Both the position numbers and the translations under genes were made by a program. 64,000 nt of DNA from Mayamaea pseudoterrestris (Eukaryota), in contig BROI01000017.1 of the NCBI GenBank assembly GCA_027923505.1, forward strand, positions 372,001 through 436,000. Direction: 5' to 3'. Positions 12,601 to 24,605 of this stretch are shown here, in pieces (positions within the stretch are counted from its first letter, which is position 1; every line of letters starts with the position of its first letter). The notes below the pieces were generated by a model. It was not told the DNA's origin and did not search any database. It saw only the letters and a program-made list of their open reading frames with translations.

Positions 12601-13639
12601 CCTGGCGAAAGTTTACGACGATCATTCACGCAACGTTCGAGAATTTGTCAAGAAGCATCCATCTCACACGCTTGTCGAAGTAAACATTACTGATCCAAAT
12701 GCTAGCAAGATCATGAGCTACGCTTTCGGGCTAAGCGAGACTTGCTGGGGCCACAAGAATAAGAAGGAGGAGCACGCCAAGATTGCCGATAGAGTCGTTG
12801 GCGCCCTCTCGCAGGGCAAATTTGTCGATGCCGAGTCGGTCGAAGACATTCCTGCGCCAGTTGTTGAATTTAAGAAAAAGCTGCCATTATCGCTTCCAGT
12901 CATTGTTGTCGGTTATCCAAAATCTGGAACTACTAGCATCTATAATTTCTTCACTTGCTCCGACGTTGTCACCCAACATTACTGCGCATATGGAGATACG
13001 AGCGACGCTCCGCCTTGCGAAAAGGGTACAATGGCCGAGTGTATTCTCATGAACATGGCGGAGGGCAACAAGATGCTAGAAGGATGTGGCGACTATCAAG
13101 TGTTCGCGCAAATTGACGGAGAGCGCCCCAGGGACAAGCGCAAACGTATCGGAATGCTGTTTGAAAACGGCACCAGGTCTCTCGATGCGCCCTACGCTCA
13201 CTTTTTGCCCCAACATTTTAGTCTCGATAAGATCCATTCCGATTATCCTGATGCAACGTTTGTTCTCCCTCTCCGGGAGCCACAAGTATGGGCGTATTCC
13301 GTGATGCACTGGTTCATGATGAAACGATGGCTGATGAACGAGTACATGGCGAAGAATAGCAGCATAACTCTCGCCGACATTGGATATGGCGACGAACGGC
13401 GCGATTTTTTTGCAAAGATTTACCAGGAGCACACGGACATGATTCGTGCCTTTGTGAAGAATCATCCGTCGCATCATTTGGTGGAAATAAACATTACGGA
13501 TCCGCTCGCTGGGACTATCATGGCCGATGCCTTTGACCTGGACGCTTCGTGCTGGGCGCATCACAACAAGAAGGAAGAGCATGACAAGATTGCCAACATT
13601 ACGAACTCAAAGTTAACACAGCCCAAGGAGATTCAATAA
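9663..13639 (+). CDS. Type II membrane protein with four tandem sulfotransferase-like P-loop domains; introns 10322-10523 and 12419-12506
   Basis: N-terminal TM (LMLACVVGSIVIFY); repeated VIVxG(F/Y)PKSGTTS...QIDGERP...HFLPQ...TFxLPLRxPxxWAxSVMHW units; GT-AG splicing joins the three ORFs in frame. Confidence 0.8.
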
Positions 13640-14013
13640 ATGATTTCGCAAAGGCTCTGCCAAACGCTTGGTAACAGGACGCGATCTCGCCCAAAAGGTC
13701 ACCGCGTCCCATGCAACCAGTCAAAGATGCAATTAGTAACATATGCAACCAGCGCGTCAGTCGGCTGATACTGATGGTGAAGCCCACGCACAATTGTCGC
13801 TTGTGCAGCAAAACGCTTACAGTAACAAACTACGCCGTTTCAAATTGTTACTCTATCAAGTCAGCACTACTGTTTGATTCATAGTAAAAGTTGCAAGACT
13901 CACAACTCCGGGTTGCTTTTAAGCATGACATCGTTGCGTTGCACCATGGAATCTCGTCGTCCAGTCCACGAGAATTCGACATACGGTAACCTGCTCTTTA
14001 GATGAATTAAAGC

Positions 14014-15135
14014 ATGATGTTACTTGTTCATCGAGGAGCCTTAGTTTGTTTATTGCTGCTGCTGCTGCTTATCGCTGCATCAGCCAAAGAGTTGCCGTCG
14101 CATCGCATCCGACGCGAACCTTCCTTGCGCCTGACCAAACGCAAGTTGACGCGGCTCAAGGAACGCTACATTAGCAAGGCTCGACAACGATCAACGAGCA
14201 GAATACACGAAAAAGCGAATGGTGTGCGGCAAAGGGGAACAGTTCTGTCATTTGGTAAGCCATCGAGGCAACAATTGACAAAGTGGTTTGGAAGCAACTT
14301 TGGAACGGCTTCACCACAAGCTTGCAGTACGCGACGTCAATACTTCAACCACGATATGGTCGGCATGACTAATCCATCCGTTGCAGCATCGATTAGTCAG
14401 GCAGCTAATCTGAGCGAGACTGTTCCAGTGTCTCGCGGTGTTGTGCAGCAAGAGCAAGAACATAAGGAATGGTGGCCAGGGACTGCCATTCCGGAAAGCG
14501 ATCTCGAGCAAGCCGACTGGAATATTTGTCGCGTTCAACAACGAAACATTGGTCATGGTCTGTCTTGCTATGAAAGAATCCGAGACGCTGCGCTGGACTG
14601 GGAATTTAGCACGCACAGCCAAGGAATTGCGCAGGTGCATCCGCCCGAAGCTTTGCGCGGCATATACTCGGTCCGACCTGTTGACAATGACGATTTCATT
14701 AGCAATCACCCATTTGCTGCAACGTCCGAGTCGACGCAGCAAATATGGCAGGGGCCGAGCAAGCGATTGGTGACTTTTGTGCGATCCAAGTTTCTCCCAA
14801 TTGTCTTTGCAGTCAATCCAGTGTCAGTTGTTTACAACGTGGTTGACCAAGACCCTCCTCCGGCTGTCGATGCGTCATGGTCGCCCCTGACGAAAACCTA
14901 CACATCCACGGCGTTTGCGACGCTTCGTGGTCACTGGCTACAGGGAGAGGAGCGCCTGACCGTGGCGCTTCGCAGCGATGAAAGCATTGACCTGGAGGTT
15001 ATGTCAATCTCAAAGCCAAAGACTACCATGGGACGTCTTGTTTGGCCGTTCATCAATGGCATGAAGCGAGAATTCTTTCAGCAGCAGATTCAATCGCTAC
15101 AAAAAATGGGCAAGGACGATGCTAATCTTCATTGA
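14014..15135 (+). CDS. DUF1990-like protein with N-terminal signal peptide
   Basis: Hydrophobic N-terminus; IGHGLSCYERIRDAALDW, AVNPVSVVY, TAFATLRGHWLQGEERLTV and SISKP match the DUF1990 pattern. Confidence 0.7.
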   Translation: MMLLVHRGALVCLLLLLLLIAASAKELPSHRIRREPSLRLTKRKLTRLKERYISKARQRSTSRIHEKANGVRQRGTVLSFGKPSRQQLTKWFGSNFGTASPQACSTRRQYFNHDMVGMTNPSVAASISQAANLSETVPVSRGVVQQEQEHKEWWPGTAIPESDLEQADWNICRVQQRNIGHGLSCYERIRDAALDWEFSTHSQGIAQVHPPEALRGIYSVRPVDNDDFISNHPFAATSESTQQIWQGPSKRLVTFVRSKFLPIVFAVNPVSVVYNVVDQDPPPAVDASWSPLTKTYTSTAFATLRGHWLQGEERLTVALRSDESIDLEVMSISKPKTTMGRLVWPFINGMKREFFQQQIQSLQKMGKDDANLH

Positions 15136-15227
15136 CATATGCTATTTAACTTACAGCTAAACGCTACAGTAACAGCTAAATTTACATGTCTAAACTGAGT
15201 CGCATACTGTGCCGACAAGACACAACA

Positions 15228-16133
15228 TTATGCTGTAAAAGCGAACTCATCAAGAATAGATGCTGCATGACTGGAGATGCTGCAATCAATGTCGCATCCC
15301 AGCAACTCATTGTAGGCACAGCTCAGATAAGCTTCCAAATGCGTGCTGCAAGCACCGCAGGAGCATTTCTTTACAGCTGCGCATACTGCATTTTCCATTT
15401 GATCGCAACTTGACACTTGCTGAGAGAGGGTCTTGGAGATACAGCTATTACAATCGTCCGTCTGTTGCGTCGACAAGTAGTCAGATTGGCACTGCTGCAC
15501 ACGATTGAAGGAACAAAAGCTAGAGGATGTCGGCTGCTCCAAAATTGGTAGCATGGTAGGACTAGACGTTGGGATCGCAGTCAGAGGCATGTCGTTAACG
15601 AACCTGATCTTGTATTGCGAATATGCATAAGTAATGTGATTGTCTGTGAACGTTTTGACGATTGTCACATCCAAAATCGCACTCGCGGTTTCGTCCATGC
15701 GCAGAATGCCCGTCACACCCGGCTTTGACTCCAAGTCAACTGTCCCGATACCAATCACGGGCTCGCCACAATACTTGCTGACTTGTGTCGTGGCATCGCG
15801 GGGCTGCAGCGCACCTGACGTATCGATGTCGTCGCTCAATGGTTCCAGACGAAGAAAAGCGCCTCGAAATCGATCCTCTGCGACCTTGATCCGTACGACA
15901 TAATCCATCCCAACTTGTAACACTGTGTGCCTGTTTGGATCAATAAGTTGATTGGATATAAAAAGCTCGAAGCCATGTTTCGACAGGGGACCTGCATCAA
16001 CATCAAACTCATCATCCTCCAACGTAAGCAAATCATTGATAGCAGCTCGTCCGGCGGAACATGTCCATTCCGACAAAGCCTCCACCGCCCTACCAGCAAC
16101 CACCAAGCTGATAAAGCATAATTTTAAAATCAT
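15228..16133 (-). CDS. Secreted protein, Reeler-like N-terminal domain plus Cys-rich C-terminus
   Basis: Signal peptide MILKLCFISLVVAGRAVEA from ATG 16133; FRGAFLRLE motif; PTSSPT linker; Cys-rich tail. Confidence 0.5.
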   Translation of the reverse strand: MILKLCFISLVVAGRAVEALSEWTCSAGRAAINDLLTLEDDEFDVDAGPLSKHGFELFISNQLIDPNRHTVLQVGMDYVVRIKVAEDRFRGAFLRLEPLSDDIDTSGALQPRDATTQVSKYCGEPVIGIGTVDLESKPGVTGILRMDETASAILDVTIVKTFTDNHITYAYSQYKIRFVNDMPLTAIPTSSPTMLPILEQPTSSSFCSFNRVQQCQSDYLSTQQTDDCNSCISKTLSQQVSSCDQMENAVCAAVKKCSCGACSTHLEAYLSCAYNELLGCDIDCSISSHAASILDEFAFTA

Positions 16134-16543
16134 TGCATCGCTTGTGTTGTAAAGCGTTTCATTTGCATGGTACGTACGGTATCGATTCGCGAAAAAGTTG
16201 TTGGCATTTGGCATGGACGAATTTGTGAGCGCAGGAATGGCCGGCTCGCGGCGAGTCGCCTGCCGCGCCGGACAAGTGGCTAGCTTATGGATGAGAACCA
16301 ATTCAGGCTATCAATGCATTACATTAGTCAGAAATCTACTTACCGTATCAGGAAGATGCATCAGAGAGGTAGCGTTCTACTTTAGGTCTCGTGTCGCGTA
16401 GAAACAGCAGAGCAGGTAACACTCGGTGTGTCCCGCGATCAAGTTTATTCCATGGCATAAGTCCTGTTTGATGGATGACTGGCTCTAATAAGAATAGGCT
16501 AAACGTTGTCACTACTAATTTATTACGCCATGGTCCACTTAGA

Positions 16544-18460
16544 CTACGTTCGAGTTTGGAATGGCTGTGTATCCCTCTCTCTTTCGCCAAACACCTTGGT
16601 CAAGATCGCGACCAGCACGAGCGTCACGACGCTACCAGCGCCGGCCGAGAAAAGCATCACCTTGTGACCAGAACTTGACGAGCTAGTGTTGCAGACAGTT
16701 GTCGCCGGTGAAACCTCCGGACAAACAACTGGAGCCACCGTGGGCCGACCTGACGGGGCATCCGTCGGCGGAGGAACCCAGTACTCACATGCTTCGGCTG
16801 TATAGTTCCACCAACCGTTGTTCGGACAGGCCGGCGGAGGACCCATTGTAGGCGCTAGCGTTCGATCCCCGAGAATAAAATCGGCCTCTGGGCCATTCAA
16901 GCAAGCGGCAGCAATTTCATGAACAGCGGCCTTGTCATCTCCGTCCAACGAAGGAAACAAGCCGGCATCAGCCACATTCTTGAGCGCCAACAACGAAGCT
17001 GGCGAATCGAGCGTCGATCCACTGCTGCTGCTACTCTTATCGCCACCATGCAACTTCCACGTTGCAAAGCTCCAGCCAAGCCCATGCTCGTAGGAAAACA
17101 ACTGCCGGACCGCAAACGAGCTACGGTGCCGACTCCACCAACCGGAATCCACCGTCTCATCGAAACGTCCACATTGCCCATAGTCGACAAACTTTGAGTC
17201 AAAATCTTTGCGAAAGCAATTGTCAATGCTCAAGTCAAAGCCCTTGGCGACAAAAACGGGAATGCGCTTGTAGCAATGCGTAAACTCCAAGGGCGATCTA
17301 GCAACACAGGCTGTCGACTCGTGGTAAAAGAGCTTACTGCGGTCATCCTCCGCGTTGGACGACGCAACATCGGCAACCGTCGATGTGTGATCCACATCCA
17401 GTGCCGCAAAAATGTTGTCATCGCCGTGAAAATCGAGACGCGGCAAGTCGCCCTGACTAACCGGAACCATGAGCTTGAGCGACGACTCGGCCGCACGCGC
17501 CGCTCCAATACTCTGCATGGATGGCACTGTCAGTGCAAAGACGGTCGACGAGTGATCCGCCGCATAGTGCGCCGCAGCTGCAACGGCGTCGTCATTGTCT
17601 TCTCCCACAAGCATTAAAATGGCTTGAAGGTCAGCCTTGCCAACCTCGTGCAACAGGTCTGCGAGTCTCGACTTGACTTTGTCTCGATCACGTTCCGAAA
17701 AGGCTTCCATTGGCACTGGAATCTGCACCGTGTTCAAACCGAGCGAGCGCATGTCGTCAAAGTCGCGTCTCGTGTAAAAGTCGTCTTGCTCGTCAATGCT
17801 CAGTTCCTTGCCATTGGTCGCCCACAGCGCTGGCACGTACAAGCCAGCCAATGTCACGGCTCGAATGGTGCGAATCGTATTGACAGGCTCACACTGCAAG
17901 GTCGCCAAACCGTTCACGTTGCAGGCGTATGGATCCATGTCTTTGCCAGGCGTGCTATGGTAGACGGATTTAATCAAGTAGTCCAAGAGTTGAACCGTTT
18001 CGTTGGCTGTGATGTTGTGCATCTGGTATGTTTCCTTGATGGCGTTGGCATCCTTGATGATTAAATCGTAAGGAACTTCTTTCGTGACTTCTTTCGTTGT
18101 TGCAGTGCTGTTGTCATCCGATGACTTGCTGCTGCTGCCATCCGTCACGTTCACTTGACTGGTCACATTCATGAAACGGTGCTTGTCGACCCCAGCCAAG
18201 GATGGAAAATGTTTTGGAAAATGTAGACAACTGTACGTCTGATTGTCACTTGGCTGCAAGACAAAGGCTCCTCGGTTCATTCCGCAGAGGGAGGCGAAAA
18301 AGCTCAAACCAATATCCTTCATGAGCGGCAGCGTGTCGGCGTTGACGACGGTTTGATCCAAGACGCAGGTTGGTGCGGAGGAAGAGGATGAATCTTTCAT
18401 CGCGTCGGTAGAAGATGAATGCCTGATACCTTCTACTCGATTTTCTCTGTATTTACGGTA
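16544..18460 (-). CDS. GH5 exo-1,3-beta-glucanase-like membrane protein, probably non-catalytic; start uncertain
   Basis: IRAVTLAGLYVP, FYTRRDFDDMRSLGLNTVQIPVP and QLFSYEHGLGWSFATWK follow the GH5 EXG pattern; PT linker and C-terminal TM. Confidence 0.7.
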   Translation of the reverse strand, partial: YRKYRENRVEGIRHSSSTDAMKDSSSSSAPTCVLDQTVVNADTLPLMKDIGLSFFASLCGMNRGAFVLQPSDNQTYSCLHFPKHFPSLAGVDKHRFMNVTSQVNVTDGSSSKSSDDNSTATTKEVTKEVPYDLIIKDANAIKETYQMHNITANETVQLLDYLIKSVYHSTPGKDMDPYACNVNGLATLQCEPVNTIRTIRAVTLAGLYVPALWATNGKELSIDEQDDFYTRRDFDDMRSLGLNTVQIPVPMEAFSERDRDKVKSRLADLLHEVGKADLQAILMLVGEDNDDAVAAAAHYAADHSSTVFALTVPSMQSIGAARAAESSLKLMVPVSQGDLPRLDFHGDDNIFAALDVDHTSTVADVASSNAEDDRSKLFYHESTACVARSPLEFTHCYKRIPVFVAKGFDLSIDNCFRKDFDSKFVDYGQCGRFDETVDSGWWSRHRSSFAVRQLFSYEHGLGWSFATWKLHGGDKSSSSSGSTLDSPASLLALKNVADAGLFPSLDGDDKAAVHEIAAACLNGPEADFILGDRTLAPTMGPPPACPNNGWWNYTAEACEYWVPPPTDAPSGRPTVAPVVCPEVSPATTVCNTSSSSSGHKVMLFSAGAGSVVTLVLVAILTKVFGERERDTQPFQTRT

Positions 18461-18735
18461 ATAGTAGCAGTTTGGATATGCAGCAGATGAGACGATGAAT
18501 GAATGAATGAATGAATGAATGAGTTGACTTTCGTTGAAGAAAATCAAGATCGCAAAAGATTCGAATGATGTCGTCGTCCATTCGCGGCGGTGGCTCGCCT
18601 GGCGCGGAGTGAGTACCGGTACGATTTCTGGAAACGTCGCTGCACTGCCGCGCCATGCCATGGACGCCTCCGACGACAACCGACAACCGACGACCGAACA
18701 ATATACTAATACAACCGCAGCATCTCGTAAATATC

Positions 18736-19239
18736 ATGTCCACTGGTCCAGAAGGTTGTTTCGTCCGCGTCAACGCTGCGATGCTTCTTTCGCAAAAGAT
18801 TGACGCAAGCCTGATTGTTTCCGTCGTTGGCCGTTACTTCAAAAGTTCCACTCAGTTTCAATGCAGTGACGGCGGAACCATTGCATTGAGTACGCAATAC
18901 ATTGAACCGCCGGCAGATCTTGATGTTTCGGGGCAAGGCATGGTGATGGAAATGGTGGGACAGTATGCGGATAATGCACTGACGGTGAGTGATGAATATT
19001 GATGATACACAGCAAGAGCAAGGAAACGAACCAGTCTATGAGTGATTTATTGATTGATTGACTCTCTGTCATAATATCGTTTCTAATGTTTCCATGCTTT
19101 GTTGCGTTCATCGCCACTACGTCAGGTCTTTGTCGTTCGAGAGCTCTCGCCGGATGTTGACCTATCCGTCTACGAAAAGATGATCGAGGTGCAGCATCAC
19201 CCCAAGTACCAGCAGTACTTTTACCTTGGAACTTCCTAA
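18736..19239 (+). CDS. RPA3: Replication protein A 14-kDa subunit-like; intron 18985-19125
   Basis: RVNAAML...IVSVVGR...FQCSDGGTI...VMEMVGQ; spliced exon 2 VFVVRELSPDVDLSVYEKMIEVQHHPKYQQYF matches the RPA14 C-terminal helix. Confidence 0.7.
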
Positions 19240-19603
19240 TTGCGCGAGAGTGATGTAAGGCAGCGCGTCGTTCTATTCAAGTGCAAGTGCAATTTGTCGG
19301 TGCCGGTGGGCGAATGCATGATTTGCAAAATGGCGACGCTTTGTTTTTTATAGCAGCAAATTTACCGTATACCGGTAGTCGTTTAATATAATCTTTCCTG
19401 ATCCAATGTAAGTGGCATATCGTAGACAAGGAGTACAAACTTCTTCAGCTAGCTCAGGCAATACTACAAATTTAGATAGCGCAAGCGTCAAAAACAAGGC
19501 AAAATTACTAAATTGTTTTCCTTCAAGATAATACGATCCACAAAATAATCTTCAAAACAAAAATGAACATGCGCAAGAGAATTGCGCACTGCCCGTCGCT
19601 CAA

Positions 19604-22383
19604 TTAGGCATCCACAACCTTTTCAACGCTGTCGTCCTCATCAACCTTGAGTGGCGCTTCCTCGACAGCTTCCGTACTCTCGATACCGGGCTTGGGGCCG
19701 CGAATATCTGGCTCACGACCCATGACCTTGTTAAACATGCCCGACAAGACGCGGTTGATATCTTCGGCACTCTCCGTGAGAGGGAGAATGGTGATGATGA
19801 TGGCCGCGGCAAAACCCCAAGCGACGGATACGAGGACCCAGAATGCAAAGTAAGACTTGGTAAAGACTCCAGCCGGAATGGAAAGGACTGGCCAGACGAC
19901 GATGAGAATGAGACTAATGGCGTATCCGCGGTGCTTGATCCAACGCTCGGTGCGACGCAAGAGCACTGGATCGCGTTCCTCCTCCGTCAAGCCGCGATTG
20001 TCTTCCTCGACCAGAGAAATGCGCTTATCGAGTTCGGAAAAATCGTAATCTTGAGGGTCAATCCACATGCTCCAGACAAAGTGGATGGTGCCCGACATGC
20101 AAATGGCGACCAAGTTGCCGGCGAGCATGACCTCGTTCGTGCCGAGGGTGGCGACCGTTATCTCCCCGCCTTGGATCTTGGCAGCGACGAGCCACGTGAT
20201 CAGGGCGAGTGCAAAGCCACCCCAGGCAGCAACGACTGCGCCGGTGCCACTGGCCTTCTTCCAGGTCATCATGTTCCACAATGGGCAGACAGCGGATCCA
20301 ATGACAATGCCCCTGAGAAAGCAAAACGATGAGAATGTGTGCTCTTGACGTCGAAGACTCCTTAGCTAACATGCACTTACATGAAGAGATAGACCCATCC
20401 AAGAGTTAAGCCAATCGTCTGCAAGATGATGGCAAAGGCACCACTGAAAATGCCAAAGACGACGATGCAGATTTGCGAGACGCGAAGAATCTGGTCCCCC
20501 GTGGCATCCGGATTAAAGTATGTCCGGTAGATGTCGTACGTAATCAGGGAGGCGACTGCAATGGACTCCGAAGCTCCAGTGGCAGTAATAGCCATGAAAA
20601 GCATGACAAGAATCAGGACAGACCCAGCATTACCAAGAAGCTGGTAGGCGACAGCAGGTGGCACCAAGCCGCTGCCCGCTTCGTCCTTTGTCAAGGGTAG
20701 CATCAGGGCAACCGAAGTCAAACCGAGCGAAGTGGCAAGGGAGAAGGGAATGGCAAACCAACAGAGTCTATAATAGAAGAGAAAGATACAAAAGTTGAGG
20801 CATGGTATTAATGAAATACCACACCATAACACGTCCCTCCACTTACCCGCCTAGCAAGTACCCACGAGCAGCTGATGACGGACGAGCCGCGATACCCGAT
20901 TGCCAGTACACTTGATCCACGAAAACAGTGCCGAAGTTACCAACGAGATTAATCTTTGGAGGAGAATAAGCGCGAATAGCTGTTAGCTTGTTCTTTGTGT
21001 GCAGCGGAATGAAGATGACTGGGTACTTACCACACCGAACATCAATCCACCGCCGGACAGCATGGTCAAGTAGGATCCTTCGTTGTTGCCCGGAACAGGT
21101 CCGCAGGCGTACGTATCTGCTTCAAAGAAAGTGGAATCCACCGTTCCGTTCGACGAGAAGATGGCCTTGCACTCATTTTCAGTGTAGCTGACGGTCTGTT
21201 GGAGAAAATCGTAGATCTGATCGCTCGAGTAGAGTTTGATGTAGACAAGAAAGACCATAATGACCAAGACTGCGTAAATGACAACAGTATGAACGTAGGC
21301 AGAAAGCATGGCAGCCTGGAGCCCACCACTGGCCGTGTACAAGATTACTCCCCACGGAATGAGGAAGGCAGCGAGACGGTAGTCAATGCCAGTGAGCGCC
21401 TCGATGGTGGCGGCGCCACCGAGCAACAGCATGGACGTGACAATAATGTTGGCGCTAATGGCGGAAGAAGTTAAGCAGATCAATGAGCAAAGTGACGAAT
21501 ATTAAGCGACACTGCCAGCGCTGTCACTTACGCGAAGCAAAAGCAGAGGAAAGTGATGTGAGCCGCCTTGCCCCAACGGGCATTGACAATCTCACAGACG
21601 GTATGGGAGCTTGGAGCAACCTTCTTGATGTTGACAGCAAGGACACCAAACAAAAGTACTTGAATGGTAGCTCCTGAAGCGTACCTGTTCGTAGAAAGCG
21701 AAGAGAGGGTTAGCTAATCACGAAAGTTCCCTCTCTCACGACGGCACTTGACATTTCCAACCATGCATGGATCGCCATCGCGCTTGCTCAACGTACCAGA
21801 AAGGTCCCGAGACACCATACTCCCAGGCAACGTTGGAGGACTGAAGAATGGTCGCAGCCCATGTCCAGTTGGAGACAACGACAGAGGCAGTCAAACCCGT
21901 CTTGATCATGCGCCCAGCGGTGCTGTAGAACGAAGGGAAAAATGATGTGAGCATCAGCAAGTTAGATAAAGAAAGCCCGTAAAGGCAGCCTGAAGTAGTC
22001 CTACTTTTGAGAGGAGCCAATGTAGACTTACTTGAAATGTTCGGAGGTCACATTTCCCTGATCACTGAACCAACGGTTGATGTAAACGAGAAGAGTCGTA
22101 AGGACGGAGAAGGCAACACCGAAGCCTAACACTACCGCGTATCCGACCCCTTGAGAGACTGTTAATACAGGCAAGAAGAGCGTTGGTAAGACATGATGCA
22201 CGTTCGATGATGTGGTCGCCATGAAACTTCTCTCTGGATCTTCGGAAGAAGAGCATCGCGCGACACAACGGGTAATTCCTTCGATCTTCACTTACGCGGA
22301 GGGCTCCCTTCAAAGAACGATTCCTGCCCGGCATAGGTGCTAAACTCTGGTGGAGTTTGAAAGTCGGCAACAGAGAGCGACAT
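19604..22383 (-). CDS. DUR3: High-affinity urea transporter (sodium:solute symporter family), multi-exon
   Basis: [97 protein letters not shown]. Confidence 0.95.
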
Positions 22384-23068
22384 GGTGTTGTTCAATCCTT
22401 GGGGTTGCTGTTGTTTCGCAAGCGAGGATCGAAAATTGTGATCGATCTGTCGAGTGAGAAAAATGCTTCAAGGTGAGCGAGCAGGTGCGGAAGATCCAAA
22501 AGCCTTTCAGTACTCTTTCGTTTATACTAATGATGCAACGTCAAGTATTCAATATTGAATGATGTCAAGCTATTGACTTGACTTCAAGGGCTATAAAATC
22601 CTCTTCCGGCACTTGCAGTTTTCCTGAATGACAAATATCATTTGGCATCATGCGTTTCCGTTGAAGCAAATGTCAATTGATATTTACAACTGCCTTGTGG
22701 ATAGGCAATGCCATGACCACGCTGTAGAGACTGGCATTGACGCTGTTGCGTTTAGTCGCCTACCGGTAGCTATGCGTCAAGTACAAGTATACACTCACGT
22801 TGCCTGATCATCGTACTTTGTACTGTTACAGCATTTGAAGTCGTTAGGCGGCATTGCCAACCATCAGCAACTTAGCTTCGACGCAAATTAGTGCCTTCGT
22901 GATACTTAACCGGTCCATACATTACTCTACCTAACCGGTAGTCGCCGTCGTACCACGACTAAAACCATTACCGATACGACGAGACATTGCAGCCGCACGT
23001 CACAAGGTTCCATGAACCGATCCAAACATCAACTTGGCCTTGCTCTTTTATACAACCCGAGACCGGCC

Positions 23069-24542
23069 ATGGCAACCATGTCGTCTAAAATCGTGCTTCT
23101 TCTTCTACTAGCTGTTGGAGCAAATGGCTTTCAGAGTTTCGCGTCAAAATTGACGAGCCGATCGTCATGGTCCAAAGTTTCACTGCTTCCCGGACGACAA
23201 GATTCGTTCTTTCCCTTCCAACAAGAACCATCACCTCGTTCCAGTGAAACGCTGTTGCAAGCGAAGCAAGATGCAGACAATAACGGAAATCTTCGACAAT
23301 TGTTGGGAGTCAAAGGAGCTGCTTCAGAGACGAATATTTGGAAGATTCGACTGCAATTGACTAAGCCTGTCACATGGGTTCCACTCGTCTGGTGCGTCAG
23401 AAATGGACACTATCACGGAGTACAATGATATGCTGAGGTTTCGTTCTAACACTTACTTGTGACGCAACTACAGGGGTGTCATGTGCGGGGCAGCCGCGTC
23501 TGGCAACTATCATTGGATCTGGAATCCATTTGACCCAAACGATCGCGACGTCATGCTCGGCTTGACGGATGCGGCGAAAGGATTCGTCGCCATGGTACGT
23601 CAAGCGTTGCGCTTGCCGCAACAAATTTAATTTCGTATATCGCATCCAGTTCTCACCCATTCGTTTGATATCCTGCACTGCCGTAGATTCTCGCTGGTCC
23701 ATTTCTGACTGGATACACACAAACCATCAACGACTGGTACGACCGCGAGATTGACGCTATTAACGAACCTTACCGTCCGATTCCCAGTGGCGCCATTTCA
23801 GAGGGAGAAGTAATTGCGCAGATTTGGTTCTTGCTGCTTGGAGGTCTAGGAATTGCCTATGGCCTTGACGTGTGGGCTGGTCACGACGTTCCAACCGTCC
23901 TGTTGCTGTCCATCTTTGGTTCATTCATTAGTTACATTTACTCAGCTCCTCCGCTAAAGCTGAAGCAGAATGGATGGGCTGGTAACTTTGCGCTTGGTGC
24001 GTCCTACATTTCCTTGCCTTGGTGGTGTGGGCAGGCAGTCTTTGGAGAGCTAGACCGGCCAGTCTACTTTATTCTGTATGTACCAAGTTCACGAGTCGTA
24101 TTGCTTGGTTTGCAAAATCCCAGATGTGCGTATCGCTTACACAAGCATATTATATTCTCGCTATTACAGTCCAATTCTCTACTCCATTGCGGGTTTGTCG
24201 GTAGCCATCGTCAACGATTTTAAATCGATTGAAGGTGATCGCGCACTTGGTTTGCAATCACTTCCAGTCGCCTTTGGCGTCGACACTGCCAAGTACATAT
24301 GCGCCGGAGGCCTTACCCTCACCCAGCTGGGCGTTGCTGCTTATTTGCTGAGCATTGGAGAACCTACGTATGCAGCCATTATGCTCGCTTTGCTTTTGCC
24401 GCAAGTTTACTTCCAAGCGACGCTCTTGCTGCCCGATCCAATCAACAATGATGTCAAGTACCAAGCGAGCTCACAACCCTTCCTTGTCTTTGGAATCTTG
24501 GCAACTGCGCTATGTGTCGGACATCACGACTTTGGGCCATAA
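23069..24542 (+). CDS. chlG: Chlorophyll synthase (UbiA prenyltransferase), plastid-targeted, 3 introns
   Basis: WKIRLQLTKPVTWVPLVW, YTQTINDWYDREIDAINEPYRPIPSG, YSAPPLKLKQNGW, IVNDFKSIEGDRALGLQSLPV; signal peptide plus ANG-F (ASAFAP-type) presequence. Confidence 0.95.
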
Positions 24543-24605
24543 ATAAATGTCGTAAAATAATTGGAAGAGGTTATCAATAGACTTTGACGTTTAACTTTAT
24601 TATGG

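Noticed and set aside
18495..18523. (ATGA)n microsatellite translated as IHSFIHSF in the 711-aa ORF
   Set aside because: Simple repeat, probably non-coding; it suggests the ORF's annotated start is too far upstream.
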